The notes beneath the pieces were generated by a model that saw only the letters and a list, made by a program, of their open reading frames with translations, was not told the DNA's origin and ran no database searches. The position numbers were made by a program, and so were the translations under genes. Positions 27,913 to 37,947 of a stretch of DNA of 64,000 nt are shown here, piece by piece. Position 1 is the stretch's first letter; each line of letters opens with the position of its first letter. This stretch comes from a bacterium (GTDB lineage: Bacteria > Bdellovibrionota_C > UBA2361 > CALJRW01), in contig JANNBC010000009.1 in assembly GCA_031385045.1 (NCBI GenBank), positions 1-64,000 of the forward strand, in the 5' to 3' direction.

Positions 27913-29124
27913 TTATACCTTAAAGAGCTTTTTAGCATGCCACAATGCTTTTTCTAATTGTAACAAATCAGATTCCTGACTGTAGATTCCAAAACTTATT
28001 CGAGCAGTGGAGTGGAGCCCCAAAGCTTCTAATGCGGGCATGGCACAATGATATCCAGCGCGAATCTGGACATTAAACTGATCACAAATACTAGCTAGGT
28101 CATGCGGATGAACTCCAACTAAGTTAAATGCTAATATGGAAGAGGTAATCTGAGAATCTTTTAGGCCATAAACTTCCACCCCTACGAAGTTATTCAGCAA
28201 ATTGGTAGCATTTAAGAAAAGCTGCCGATCGTTTTGTTCAATGGTATCCCAGCCAACTTCTTCCACAAAATTAATTGCTGCTCCTAGTCCAATAGCTTCA
28301 GCAATTGCTGGTGTTCCAGCTTCAAATTTAGCAGGAATCTCCGCCCAAGTGGAACCAGCAAGACTGACTGAGCTAATCATATCTCCTCCTCCTTGATAGG
28401 GCTCAAATCTATTTAAATGCTCTGACTTACCGTACAAAACTCCAATCCCAGTTGGGCCATAAATCTTATGTCCCGAAAAAACTAGGAAATCTACATCTAA
28501 ATTTTGGACATCAATAGGTCCATGTAGAACTGCTTGGCAAACATCTAAAAGAACCAGCGCCCCAGATAACTTCGCAATTTTAATCATCTCCAGATATGGG
28601 GTGATTGTTCCAAAGGCATTGGACTGCATTGTAAAACTACAAATCTTTGGCTTAAACTTTTGAACTTTAAGTTTAAAATCAGCTAGATCAATCTGCGCCT
28701 CAGGATTGATTTTAGCATATTGAATCTCTAGCCCATTGCGCTTTGCTTGAATCTGCCAAGGGACAATATTACTATGATGTTCCAGTTCAGTAAGCAGGAT
28801 AGTGTCTCCCGTGGAACATTGTTGGGTAATTGAAGAAGCTACTAAATTAATTCCCTCCGTAGCATTACGAGTAAAAATAATCTCTTTTGCACTGACCGCA
28901 TTGAGAAATTTTGCAATCTTCTCTCTTGATTCTTCATATTTAAGCGTAGCAGAGGCCGAGAGCAGATATGCGCCTCGATGAATGTTAGCATACTCTCGTA
29001 AATAAAAGTTCTGTAAAGTATCCGTGACTATCTTAGGCTTCTGGGCACTAGCAGCGGTATCAAGATAAGCTAAGTTATCCCCCTGATTAGAAAATATTGG
29101 AAACTGTTGGCGGATTTTATTCAT
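27913..29124 (-). CDS. sufS: Cysteine desulfurase, SufS type
   Basis: YLDTAASAQKP, EHHSNIVPW, FSGHKIYGPTGIG, RAGYHCAMP. Confidence 0.93.
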   Translation of the reverse strand: MNKIRQQFPIFSNQGDNLAYLDTAASAQKPKIVTDTLQNFYLREYANIHRGAYLLSASATLKYEESREKIAKFLNAVSAKEIIFTRNATEGINLVASSITQQCSTGDTILLTELEHHSNIVPWQIQAKRNGLEIQYAKINPEAQIDLADFKLKVQKFKPKICSFTMQSNAFGTITPYLEMIKIAKLSGALVLLDVCQAVLHGPIDVQNLDVDFLVFSGHKIYGPTGIGVLYGKSEHLNRFEPYQGGGDMISSVSLAGSTWAEIPAKFEAGTPAIAEAIGLGAAINFVEEVGWDTIEQNDRQLFLNATNLLNNFVGVEVYGLKDSQITSSILAFNLVGVHPHDLASICDQFNVQIRAGYHCAMPALEALGLHSTARISFGIYSQESDLLQLEKALWHAKKLFKV

Positions 29125-29344
29125 CTAGCTTTTATATTATTAATAATTCTAACAAAAGAAATTATAATTGTTGTGACTTTGGACGATTTAAGCTGTTTAA
29201 ATTTTACTAAAAATCTTATATTAATGATATTAGATAAAAGGTAAGATATAGCAACTTTTCCCCCACTTCTTGAAATAATTCGCTTGTAAAAATTAGTTTC
29301 ATTAAAATTGCTAATTCTTTGAAATGGACTATAAACTCTAGATT

Positions 29345-30337
29345 ATGTCATCATATACAATCAAAAAGGTTTCATCTTCTGTCGATATTAGAAACGATCG
29401 AAGTAATAAGAATAAACAAGTTAAATTTGCAATTATCCTAGTATTTGTTGCTATTATACTCTCTCTTCTCTTCACATTCTTTAGCGTTAGTACTAACCAG
29501 GCGTATGATAAATTTGTACAAAATCTAAAAGTTAATAATTTCACAAATGCAATTGTACACTTAGAAGCCTTTGATCGAATTTTTAAATCTAAATACTCAA
29601 AATTTAACTCTAGCGATTCTGTAAACTTACCAACGGCCCGAGAGAGAAAAGATTTCGTTGTAGCTTTAATTAAGGTCTTAGGGCAACTTGGTCATAATGA
29701 CCGACAGGAACAGCGTAAAGCACTTTTGACCATCAAGGGAATAATCACTAATATCAATAAGTTAACTGCTGGAGTCAGCGGTAGAAATGCCAGATTTAAA
29801 CAAACGATTAAACAACAATATGCTACCTTAGTTGCTGATTATAAAGAACTTAGGAAAAAAGAAATTGTTGGGCCATTTAGAAGAAAAGAGAACCAAAACA
29901 GGATTTATCAACAAAGTATCCTTTCTCAGGATTTAGCTAATGAATTCGGTGCCTTAATGGGCATTGCGCCACAAACACTTCGAGGCCCGACTGACCAGAC
30001 GAAGTTTTACGAATCTGGCGTACTTAAAGGCCTCCCAGTTCTAAACGGACTTCCTGATAATATTAAGGATATGAAACAGCTTAAAGATGAACTGCGAAAG
30101 CTTAGTGGCGAAGTTAGTCTTCGAGGAGGTGCCGAGACTCCTGAATTATTCCTGAAGAGACTAGAGGAAATTAGGGCTAAATGTGATGTATTTTCACAAC
30201 AAATCAAGAAGCTTACAATAGAATCGGATGATTACAGTATAGATATCAGCAAACTAGAAGAAGCCTTCTTAAAATCTAGCACTAAATTTGTAACAGAATC
30301 AAAAAATTTCCTTGTCGATTATGTTCATCCTTTATAA
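29345..30337 (+). CDS. Hypothetical membrane-anchored helical protein
   Basis: 330-aa ORF with one N-terminal TM segment. Confidence 0.7.
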   Translation: MSSYTIKKVSSSVDIRNDRSNKNKQVKFAIILVFVAIILSLLFTFFSVSTNQAYDKFVQNLKVNNFTNAIVHLEAFDRIFKSKYSKFNSSDSVNLPTARERKDFVVALIKVLGQLGHNDRQEQRKALLTIKGIITNINKLTAGVSGRNARFKQTIKQQYATLVADYKELRKKEIVGPFRRKENQNRIYQQSILSQDLANEFGALMGIAPQTLRGPTDQTKFYESGVLKGLPVLNGLPDNIKDMKQLKDELRKLSGEVSLRGGAETPELFLKRLEEIRAKCDVFSQQIKKLTIESDDYSIDISKLEEAFLKSSTKFVTESKNFLVDYVHPL

Positions 30338-30474
30338 TGGTAAATAAGTTAGGTTTGTTGATCTGAATCATAACTCTTTAAAAGGGCTAGAATATTGTAT
30401 TTATTAATCAATATTCCAAGGGTAAATCACTTTCCCCCGAATTACTGATTTTTTTCTAGATATTTTTTTTTTTA

Positions 30475-30503
30475 TTGACTGGCACTACCCTGTACAGTAG
30501 TAT
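30475..30503 (+). promoter_or_regulatory. sigma70-type promoter
   Basis: TTGACT-N17-TAGTAT upstream of ORF 30573. Confidence 0.55.
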
Positions 30504-30572
30504 GCCCATCCGGCTTCGAAAAAGTTGTAAAATTTTCGTAATTTTTTGCTATTTTAAATCAATAAAATCAAT

Positions 30573-30872
30573 ATGAAAGCATGGTCTAACTCCGACACTT
30601 CCAAGAATCTAGGTTTCGTTCCAGAAAAGAAGCTATTAGTAGCTGTTTTACAAAGAGCTGTAACTGATTTCGTAACTGGTGATGAAGAAATGAAATCTGA
30701 ATCATACGATTGGATTATGGATGAAGCTTTATTTGATGAAGAGATTCCACTAACTTTCCGATTTATCTGTGAGGCTTTAGACTTTGACGTTGATAGCCTA
30801 AGAACTGCGATCAGATTACATGCTGACACGCAAGGCGCTGATGCAATCAACGCTTTAAAACTAGCGGTCTAA
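30573..30872 (+). CDS. Hypothetical protein
   Basis: 99 aa (PEKKLLVAVLQRAVTD...FRFICEALDFD) with its own promoter and terminator. Confidence 0.75.
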   Translation: MKAWSNSDTSKNLGFVPEKKLLVAVLQRAVTDFVTGDEEMKSESYDWIMDEALFDEEIPLTFRFICEALDFDVDSLRTAIRLHADTQGADAINALKLAV

Positions 30873-30902
30873 TTATTAGTAAGTAAATTGCTTGCTTCAT
30901 TG

Positions 30903-30949
30903 AGCCCGATTAGATTTTATAGTAAATCTAATCGGGCTTTTTGTTTTTT
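30903..30949 (+). terminator. Rho-independent terminator
   Basis: 15-bp stem AGCCCGATTAGATTT / AAATCTAATCGGGCT followed by a T-run. Confidence 0.85.
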
Positions 30950-31114
30950 AAGCTTTGCTTAAAAAACATCACGTCGAAGCCTTCTTGCTCGGCATAATCT
31001 TCCATGTGCAATAAGGCGAAGACGGATTGTCAATAAATATCATTACCTAAGTAGATACATTAAATTCTAATTTAAAAGAGTTACGATAAACTTTAAACTG
31101 AAAAATTAATCCCC

Positions 31115-32905
31115 ATGGAACCCCTAAAAGACAACCTCTACAAAATCCGCCACTCCTTAGCCCACGTAATGGCTCAAGCCGTATTAGAGATTCGTCCTAA
31201 CGCCAAGCTTGCTTTCGGGCCAGCAATCGATAATGGCTGTTACTATGACTTTGATTTCGACCAAGCAATCTCTTCTGAGGATTTTCAAGACATTGAAAAA
31301 CGGATGAGAAAAATCATCAATCAAAAACAAGTCTTCGAAGCTTCTAAAAAAACTCTAGCAGATGCCGTTAATTATCTTGATGAACAACAAGAAAATTATA
31401 AAGTAGAATACTGCCAAGAGCTTGGAGAAAGAGGTGAAACTGAGATTGGATTCTATACTAACGGATCCTTCACTGACATGTGTGCCGGACCTCACGTGGA
31501 ACACACTGGACAAATCCCCCACGACTGCTTTGCAATCGATACTCTAGCTGGCGCCTACTGGCGCGGAAGTGAAAAAAATAAACAGCTAACTCGAATCTAC
31601 TGTTTAGTATTTAATAACAAAGCTGAGCTGAAAGACTACTTAGCAAAACGAGAACTTGCGAAACAACGTGACCATCGAAAACTGGGCAAAGAACTGGAGT
31701 ACTTCATGATTTCAGATCAGGTAGGACAAGGACTTCCACTTTGGTTACCAAACGGAAATGTAATTAAAGAATCACTAGAAGTTTTTGCTAAAGAGATTGA
31801 AGCTCGAAATGGCTACAAGCGAGTAACAACTCCAGTAATTGCTAAAGAAGATCTGTTTTACACTTCTGGGCACTTACCCTACTACGCCGCTGACATGTAC
31901 CCACCGATGGAACTGGAAGGCGAATCAAAATACTATCTAAAGCCGATGAATTGTCCGATGCACCATCAGATTTATTCTCATCGCCCGAGGAGCTATCGGG
32001 AGCTTCCATTACGCCTAGCAGAGTACGCCCCTGTTTATCGCTACGAGTCTTCAGGTAGTCTTTCCGGACTGCTACGTGTTAGATCAATCTGTCAAAATGA
32101 CGCCCATATTTATTGCGCAGTCGATCAATTAAAAGCTGAGTTAATCAGAACTTTTCAAATGACAATTGATTACTATAAAAAATTTCGCTTTGATCAGATC
32201 ACCTTCCGTTACTCTACTCATAATCCTGAGAAAAAAGAGAAATTCGTGGATAACCCAGAGATGTGGGCCTTTACAGAAAAAGTTGTCAAAGAAGTAATCG
32301 ATGACCTAGGAGTAGACTACATTTTAGGTGAAGGTGAAGCTGCTTTTTATGGACCAAAAATTGATTTTCAAGCAAAGAGCGTTTTAGGCAGAGAAGAATC
32401 AATTGGTACAACGCAACTTGATTTTGCTCAGCCAATTAACTTTGATCTTAAATATACTGGAGAAGACGGCGCAGAGCATCGTCCATTTATCGTCCACCGT
32501 GCCCCATTAGGCTCTCATGAGCGCGTAGTAGCATTTCTAATCGAGCACTTTGGCGGAGCATTCCCAACCTGGATGAGCCCTGTACAGGTGAAAATTGTTC
32601 CAGTAAATGCTAGTTGTGCCGAGTATGCTGCTAAGTTAGCAGAAGATCTACAACAACAAATGGTGCGCGTTGACGTTGATTATTCAGACAATTCTTTTAA
32701 CAAAAAAGTACGTGAGGCAATTATTTCCAAGACTCCTAATATTCTAATTATTGGTAACAAAGAGGTCGAGGAAAATCAGGTAACTTGGAAGAAATATGCC
32801 TCTCAGAAGGAACAAGAAACTATTAGCTTTGCCGAATTCCAAACAAGACTTCAAACGGCAATCACAGAACGTTTAATGGATAATTTTGTTGATGTAAAAG
32901 TATAG
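31115..32905 (+). CDS. thrS: Threonine--tRNA ligase (no N-terminal TGS domain)
   Basis: RHSLAHVMAQA, RDHRKLGKEL, KPMNCP, GEAAFYGPKID. Confidence 0.97.
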   Translation: MEPLKDNLYKIRHSLAHVMAQAVLEIRPNAKLAFGPAIDNGCYYDFDFDQAISSEDFQDIEKRMRKIINQKQVFEASKKTLADAVNYLDEQQENYKVEYCQELGERGETEIGFYTNGSFTDMCAGPHVEHTGQIPHDCFAIDTLAGAYWRGSEKNKQLTRIYCLVFNNKAELKDYLAKRELAKQRDHRKLGKELEYFMISDQVGQGLPLWLPNGNVIKESLEVFAKEIEARNGYKRVTTPVIAKEDLFYTSGHLPYYAADMYPPMELEGESKYYLKPMNCPMHHQIYSHRPRSYRELPLRLAEYAPVYRYESSGSLSGLLRVRSICQNDAHIYCAVDQLKAELIRTFQMTIDYYKKFRFDQITFRYSTHNPEKKEKFVDNPEMWAFTEKVVKEVIDDLGVDYILGEGEAAFYGPKIDFQAKSVLGREESIGTTQLDFAQPINFDLKYTGEDGAEHRPFIVHRAPLGSHERVVAFLIEHFGGAFPTWMSPVQVKIVPVNASCAEYAAKLAEDLQQQMVRVDVDYSDNSFNKKVREAIISKTPNILIIGNKEVEENQVTWKKYASQKEQETISFAEFQTRLQTAITERLMDNFVDVKV

Positions 32906-33050
32906 TGTTTTTGTAAATGCTTTTAGCTATTTAGCAACGAGAAAAACACTATTTATGTTCTTTTTGCGGTGCGAGACTGGATACCTCCAGTTTCGCACTC
33001 GCCGTAAGTTACTGTTATTTTGACAAGAATTTTTGAAATTTACTTAAATA

Positions 33051-33233
33051 ATGACTACAAAAACCTACTGCCCAAGATGTGAACAAAGAGTTATTGAATC
33101 AAAATTCTTACCCTTCTGCTCCAAACAATGTGCGGATCACGATCTGGGAAAGTGGATTAATGAGGAACATACCATAGCAGGAGAGATTTCCTATGATGAT
33201 GTTGAGATTCTAATTAATGAAGAGGAAGCCTAA
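33051..33233 (+). CDS. yacG: DNA gyrase inhibitor YacG
   Basis: CPRC...PFCSKQC..DLGKW zinc motif. Confidence 0.88.
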   Translation: MTTKTYCPRCEQRVIESKFLPFCSKQCADHDLGKWINEEHTIAGEISYDDVEILINEEEA

Positions 33234-33234
33234 A

Positions 33235-33264
33235 TTATTTGCAGTAGTCACCTACTGCAAATAA
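33235..33264. terminator. Hairpin between convergent yacG and dedA
   Basis: 13-bp perfect stem TTATTTGCAGTAG / CTACTGCAAATAA. Confidence 0.6.
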
Positions 33265-33277
33265 ACTAATAAGATTA

Positions 33278-33946
33278 TTAGCTCTCTGTAGATAGCGGCG
33301 CTTGTTTATTCTTTCCAAATTTAGCTCGTAGCACTTCAATTACTGCTGGAAGAATAGAAATAATAATAATTGCGATAATTACCATTGAGAAATTATTCTT
33401 CACAAAAGGTAGTTCGCCAAAAAGATATCCGGCGCCAACCATCAAACCTACCCAAAGTGCTGCTCCAGAAATATTATAGACAGCAAATTTTCCATAATTC
33501 ATCGAACCTACCCCTGCTAGGAAGGGAGCAAAGGTACGAATTATTGGAATAAAGCGAGCAATAATAATCGCCTTTCCACCATATTTTTCATAAAACTTTT
33601 GCGTCTTATGAAGGTATTCTAATTTAAAAAACTTAGAGTCCTTCCTCTGCCAAACTGCTGGCCCCATCATTGAGCCAATTTTATAATTAAGCGCATCTCC
33701 CAGCACAGCTGCAACAAAGATAGTTAAGCAAATGAGACTCAGACTAACTGAACCTTTAGAGGCAAAAGCACCTGCCGCAAAAAGCAAAGAGTCCCCTGGC
33801 AAAAATGGCGTAACTACTAAACCTGTTTCGCAAAAAACTATCAGAAATAATATTAAGTAAGTCCAGGCGCCATAGTTGGCTATAATCTGCGCTAAATGAT
33901 CATCAATATGCAAGATGAAATCAAAGATAAATAAGATAAAATCCAT
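33278..33946 (-). CDS. dedA: DedA family membrane protein
   Basis: FCETGLVVTPFLPGDSLLF and ARFIPIIRTFAPF; start reassigned to ATG 33946 to avoid overlap with pit. Confidence 0.93.
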   Translation of the reverse strand: MDFILFIFDFILHIDDHLAQIIANYGAWTYLILFLIVFCETGLVVTPFLPGDSLLFAAGAFASKGSVSLSLICLTIFVAAVLGDALNYKIGSMMGPAVWQRKDSKFFKLEYLHKTQKFYEKYGGKAIIIARFIPIIRTFAPFLAGVGSMNYGKFAVYNISGAALWVGLMVGAGYLFGELPFVKNNFSMVIIAIIIISILPAVIEVLRAKFGKNKQAPLSTES

Positions 33947-33954
33947 GGTTTTAG

Positions 33955-35031
33955 TTAGAAAGTAAAAACAAAAGCAGAGAGAACATAGCCCAATCCTAAA
34001 CAAACTGGAAGTGTGAAGATCCAAGCCCAAACCATCCGTTCCACCACTCCCCAGCTAATTGCCCGAAAGTTTTTAGCTGCACCAACACCAGTGATAGAAC
34101 TAGATATGACATGGGTTGTAGATAAAGGTATTCCTTGATTGCTAGCTAATTGAATTAAAATTGCAGCTGTTGTTTCCGCGGCAAAACCATGGACTGGCTT
34201 TAATGTGACCATTTTATGTCCTAGCGTTTTAATAATCCGCCAACCACCCATCCAAGTTCCAGCAGCCATTGTAAAAGCACAAACTAATTTGATCCAAAGA
34301 TCAATTGTTAGTGGCTGTCCTGGGGCCGAAGGCTCTATTGTTAAAAAGGAAAGCCCTGCCGGCAAGTTGGAAAGTTCCCCACTTTTTGTTGCGGCGACTA
34401 AAGTTAAAGCAATAATTCCCATCGTTTTCTGGGCGTCATTTAAACCATGAGAGTAGCCCATCCAGGCACTAGAAACTAATTGTAATTTACCAAAGACACG
34501 ATTTACCGTTTGTGGTTTCCACTTTCGAAGTCCTATGTAAAGCAGAATCATCACAAAGAATGCTAGAAAACCTCCAAGCAGTGGAGAGATAAACATCGGT
34601 AGAATTACTTTTGGTAAGATACCCTCAGCAGCACCGCTAGCACTTAGTGAATTAAATTTAACGACTGACCAATCCCCATGAGCGGAAACAATTGTTGCTC
34701 CGACAAGTCCACCTATTAAGGCATGACTAGAGCTAGATGGTAATCCAATTCTCCACGTGAATAAATTCCAGATAATACCAGCAACTAATCCTGAGCAAAT
34801 TGTGGCAGTAGTTACAAAATCAATATTAACCAAACCCTGACCAATTGTACTAGCAACCGCAGTTCCAGCTAATGCTCCAAGTAAGTTAAAGACTGCTGCC
34901 AGAACCACAGCCTGTCTTGGTGTTAAGACTTTTGTTGCCACAACAGTGGCAATGGAGTTTGCGGTATCATGGAAGCCATTAATAAATTCAAAAACTAAGG
35001 CAACTACAATAACACCAAGCACTAACTCCAT
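33955..35031 (-). CDS. pit: Inorganic phosphate transporter (PiT family)
   Basis: NGFHDTANSIAT, GLPSSSSHA, HGLNDAQKTMG, PLSTTH. Confidence 0.95.
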   Translation of the reverse strand: MELVLGVIVVALVFEFINGFHDTANSIATVVATKVLTPRQAVVLAAVFNLLGALAGTAVASTIGQGLVNIDFVTTATICSGLVAGIIWNLFTWRIGLPSSSSHALIGGLVGATIVSAHGDWSVVKFNSLSASGAAEGILPKVILPMFISPLLGGFLAFFVMILLYIGLRKWKPQTVNRVFGKLQLVSSAWMGYSHGLNDAQKTMGIIALTLVAATKSGELSNLPAGLSFLTIEPSAPGQPLTIDLWIKLVCAFTMAAGTWMGGWRIIKTLGHKMVTLKPVHGFAAETTAAILIQLASNQGIPLSTTHVISSSITGVGAAKNFRAISWGVVERMVWAWIFTLPVCLGLGYVLSAFVFTF

Positions 35032-35034
35032 ACT

Positions 35035-35664
35035 TTATGAATTTTTTAAGATGATCTGATAAACCACATCTCCTGCATTACGACAGCGGTCAATGGCACT
35101 TTCTAAATGAGATAATAAATCTTTAGTAACAAATAGACGGATGGCATCTGTTTCTGACTTGTAAAGTCTTTCGATAGACTCATCTAATAATTTATCCGCT
35201 TCATATTCACACTGATCAAGTCGATCTTTTAGTAATTTAGCGTTTTTTAGATCCGTAATCTTTTTTAAGCAGGCAATCAGCTCAATCAAAACAAGTGTGG
35301 CATCAGTTAAATACTCCAGCTGTTGTAAGAAATAACTTTTATCAGTTAAGTGCTGTGCCGCTTTAAATCGTTCACCAAACTTATTGATTGTCTTTGCAAT
35401 CTTCAGGAGTGAGTTAGATAATGACTCGATATCTTCTCTTTCTATGGCAGTAATGAAAGTTGAAACAAGCAATTCTCGAATTTTCTCTGTCAATTGCATA
35501 TCACCAAATTCAGCCTTCCGAAAATATCGAACCGATTCAATGGAATCAGGACGTTGAATCATCTGCTTTAACGACAGAGCCATGGAGTTTGTTTGAGCGG
35601 CACTACCCTCTAATAATCTGATAAATTCATCGTCTTTTGAGAAAAAAGATAAGATTGAAAACAT
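35035..35664 (-). CDS. DUF47 / PhoU-like phosphate transport regulator
   Basis: TFITAIEREDI and LESAIDRC motifs; directly upstream of pit. Confidence 0.9.
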   Translation of the reverse strand: MFSILSFFSKDDEFIRLLEGSAAQTNSMALSLKQMIQRPDSIESVRYFRKAEFGDMQLTEKIRELLVSTFITAIEREDIESLSNSLLKIAKTINKFGERFKAAQHLTDKSYFLQQLEYLTDATLVLIELIACLKKITDLKNAKLLKDRLDQCEYEADKLLDESIERLYKSETDAIRLFVTKDLLSHLESAIDRCRNAGDVVYQIILKNS

Positions 35665-35688
35665 TTAGAATTTTCCTAATCGAAAGAA

Positions 35689-37578
35689 CTAAAATTCTAG
35701 CAGTGAGTTTAATTTCTTTCGTAAAAACAAAACGAAAATAAAGACTACAAAAGATGCTAACTGTAGCGCAACAAAAGGATAAGAAAATAAAACAAGTACT
35801 AGCAAGCTGGTAATTCCTAACGCCAAGATTAGATATTTACGAAGCTCAAGATATTCAATCGTTTTCTTAAACGGCAAATCCAGTAAACTTAAGGAAACTA
35901 AATTAAAGACCAAGAGATATTTGCGTTGCTCGGCAATCATCTCTGAAAAACTTTGTTCAAAGAAAATATTAATTGCATCAGGAGCAACCGTTGCTTGTTC
36001 AGCTTGAATATTGGGACTTCCTCCAATAATCTGAAGGTTTTTGCCTAAATGTTTGCGGTCAACGATGGGTAAAGTAACCTCTGAAGAAGTTGTGAGTGGC
36101 TGACTAAAACGAACTTGTGCTGGCTCATTGCGACACTCACTAAACAAGCGATCACTTACTTCTACACCAGCATAAACTTCACGATTAAGTGCTAAATAAT
36201 AGGCATGCTTGCTTTTTGCTCGCCCCATTACTTCACTCGTATTCAAGACAATCCCATTTTCTAATAAAAATTGTTCTGAACCAAAGCACAGAGCAATTCC
36301 TTCTAATTCTCCAAGAAAACCATTGGAATAAACGCGAACTTTTTCTAGGGGATTATTTAAATATTTTTGCAAATAGTTAGATTGCATTTCTTCATGAATC
36401 GCTTGAAAGTCAGGTTCATTGCTGTAACTTGTAAGATAAAAAATTAGCAAAGCAACTCGATCTTCCGCAATTAGATCGCTTAGAATCATTAGACTACTAA
36501 CTTTTTTAATTTGAAAATCTGGTGAAATGCTTTCCCAGGAGACTGATTTTTTTCCAAGCGCTAAAAAATCATTACAAAAAATAGCCCTGGAGGCTAAGCG
36601 CTCTTTTAATGCCGGATAGGCTTTTTGAATTAAGCTAGCTAAATCTAAAAAATAAGCAAAAGATAAAAAAACTGTGTGACTTAAAATAAAATTTGTCAGA
36701 CTAAAACCTGATATACTCAAATAATAGTAAACACCTAGAATGTAGGCGCCGATCAAATAATAATAAAACTTATTAGCAAGAGAGTTGCGATCAGAGAAAA
36801 GATAGTCTTTTAGAAACGATAGGTAGGCTTCGTCTTTTAAATTCTCGACTGCTAAATCAATCTTTCCGGCAACTAAATAAGAACCAGCTGGGATGGCGTC
36901 GCCAACCGTCACGTAACTACGACTCCATCGAAAAGGTTGTTTTAGAAGTGCAAAAACTGCGGAGCCAGAATCTACTAAGCAATTCTTAGTTATAATCTGA
37001 TTTTTTTGAGGTTGAAAAATTGTTCCAGTTGTTAATTCACAATGAGCTATTTTTTGAGCTTCAGAACTTAACTGTTGGTAAGATGTCAGTTCACTCCAAT
37101 TAAAACGAATTAAATGTTCGTTAATTAGATTTAATAAATTTGATCTTAAAAAAATATATAAAGCAGAAAAGAGACTACTAAAAACTGAAATTTGCCAGAA
37201 GCGATAGCTAAAATTAGTGCTGTAATCTTCTAGCGAAAAAACTGCCAAGAAAAAAACGGGAGTTAGCCCGCTAAGAATCAAGAGTATTGGTTTTGATTGT
37301 TCTTCTTGGTAAGTAGAGAGTAAGCGAGTTAATGAAAATGCATATCCAAGAAGGAGGATAATCAGGGCAAAGAAACGGAGTGGCACATCTACTCCAACTG
37401 GAGCAAGACTAAATCGAATACCCTGAACTAGGATTATTAGGGTGATAAAAAAAATGAAAAGTTTATATTGTTTGAGGAAGCTCCAAGATTTTATACCAAC
37501 TGGACGTAAGGTCATCTGTTTAAATCCCAAAAATTTATATCGCCACCAATTTAAAAACTGGTGGCAACATCCCTTCAA
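35689..37578 (-). CDS. Divergent P1B-type ATPase homolog lacking catalytic motifs
   Basis: TM segments plus A- and N-domain-like stretches in P1B order; TGES, CPC, DKTGT, HP and GDGxND are all absent. Start uncertain. Confidence 0.6.
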   Translation of the reverse strand: MKGCCHQFLNWWRYKFLGFKQMTLRPVGIKSWSFLKQYKLFIFFITLIILVQGIRFSLAPVGVDVPLRFFALIILLLGYAFSLTRLLSTYQEEQSKPILLILSGLTPVFFLAVFSLEDYSTNFSYRFWQISVFSSLFSALYIFLRSNLLNLINEHLIRFNWSELTSYQQLSSEAQKIAHCELTTGTIFQPQKNQIITKNCLVDSGSAVFALLKQPFRWSRSYVTVGDAIPAGSYLVAGKIDLAVENLKDEAYLSFLKDYLFSDRNSLANKFYYYLIGAYILGVYYYLSISGFSLTNFILSHTVFLSFAYFLDLASLIQKAYPALKERLASRAIFCNDFLALGKKSVSWESISPDFQIKKVSSLMILSDLIAEDRVALLIFYLTSYSNEPDFQAIHEEMQSNYLQKYLNNPLEKVRVYSNGFLGELEGIALCFGSEQFLLENGIVLNTSEVMGRAKSKHAYYLALNREVYAGVEVSDRLFSECRNEPAQVRFSQPLTTSSEVTLPIVDRKHLGKNLQIIGGSPNIQAEQATVAPDAINIFFEQSFSEMIAEQRKYLLVFNLVSLSLLDLPFKKTIEYLELRKYLILALGITSLLVLVLFSYPFVALQLASFVVFIFVLFLRKKLNSLLEF

Positions 37579-37614
37579 ACAAGTATGCTAACTTAAATTA
37601 GCGACTCTGTTTGT

Positions 37615-37845
37615 TTACGCCGCTTGTTGAGCGACTTCTTTAACAACAGGTTTAAATTTTTTCTTTAAACGGGAAAGCTTTCCTTCTTTATAAAGAACTT
37701 TCTTTTGAGCGATTGGATCGTACTTCATTAGCTCTAACTTAGTAGTAACACCACCTTTACGTTTTTTATTGCGACGAATTGTGTAAAAATGACCAGTTCC
37801 GGCAGAGGAAACCAGCTGAACGCCTTCTTTAGATACTTTTGCCAT
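37615..37845 (-). CDS. rpmG: 50S ribosomal protein L33 with C-terminal extension
   Basis: LVSSAGTGHFYT...KLELMKYDPIAQKKVLYKE; ATG at 37845. Confidence 0.93.
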   Translation of the reverse strand: MAKVSKEGVQLVSSAGTGHFYTIRRNKKRKGGVTTKLELMKYDPIAQKKVLYKEGKLSRLKKKFKPVVKEVAQQAA

Positions 37846-37947
37846 TGTAAAAATCCAGTTTAAATTGAAATCTATTAACAATAGTTTTTTGAATATTATC
37901 AAAAACTATTATATAAAGGTGATATTATTATCAATAAATTCAACTAA

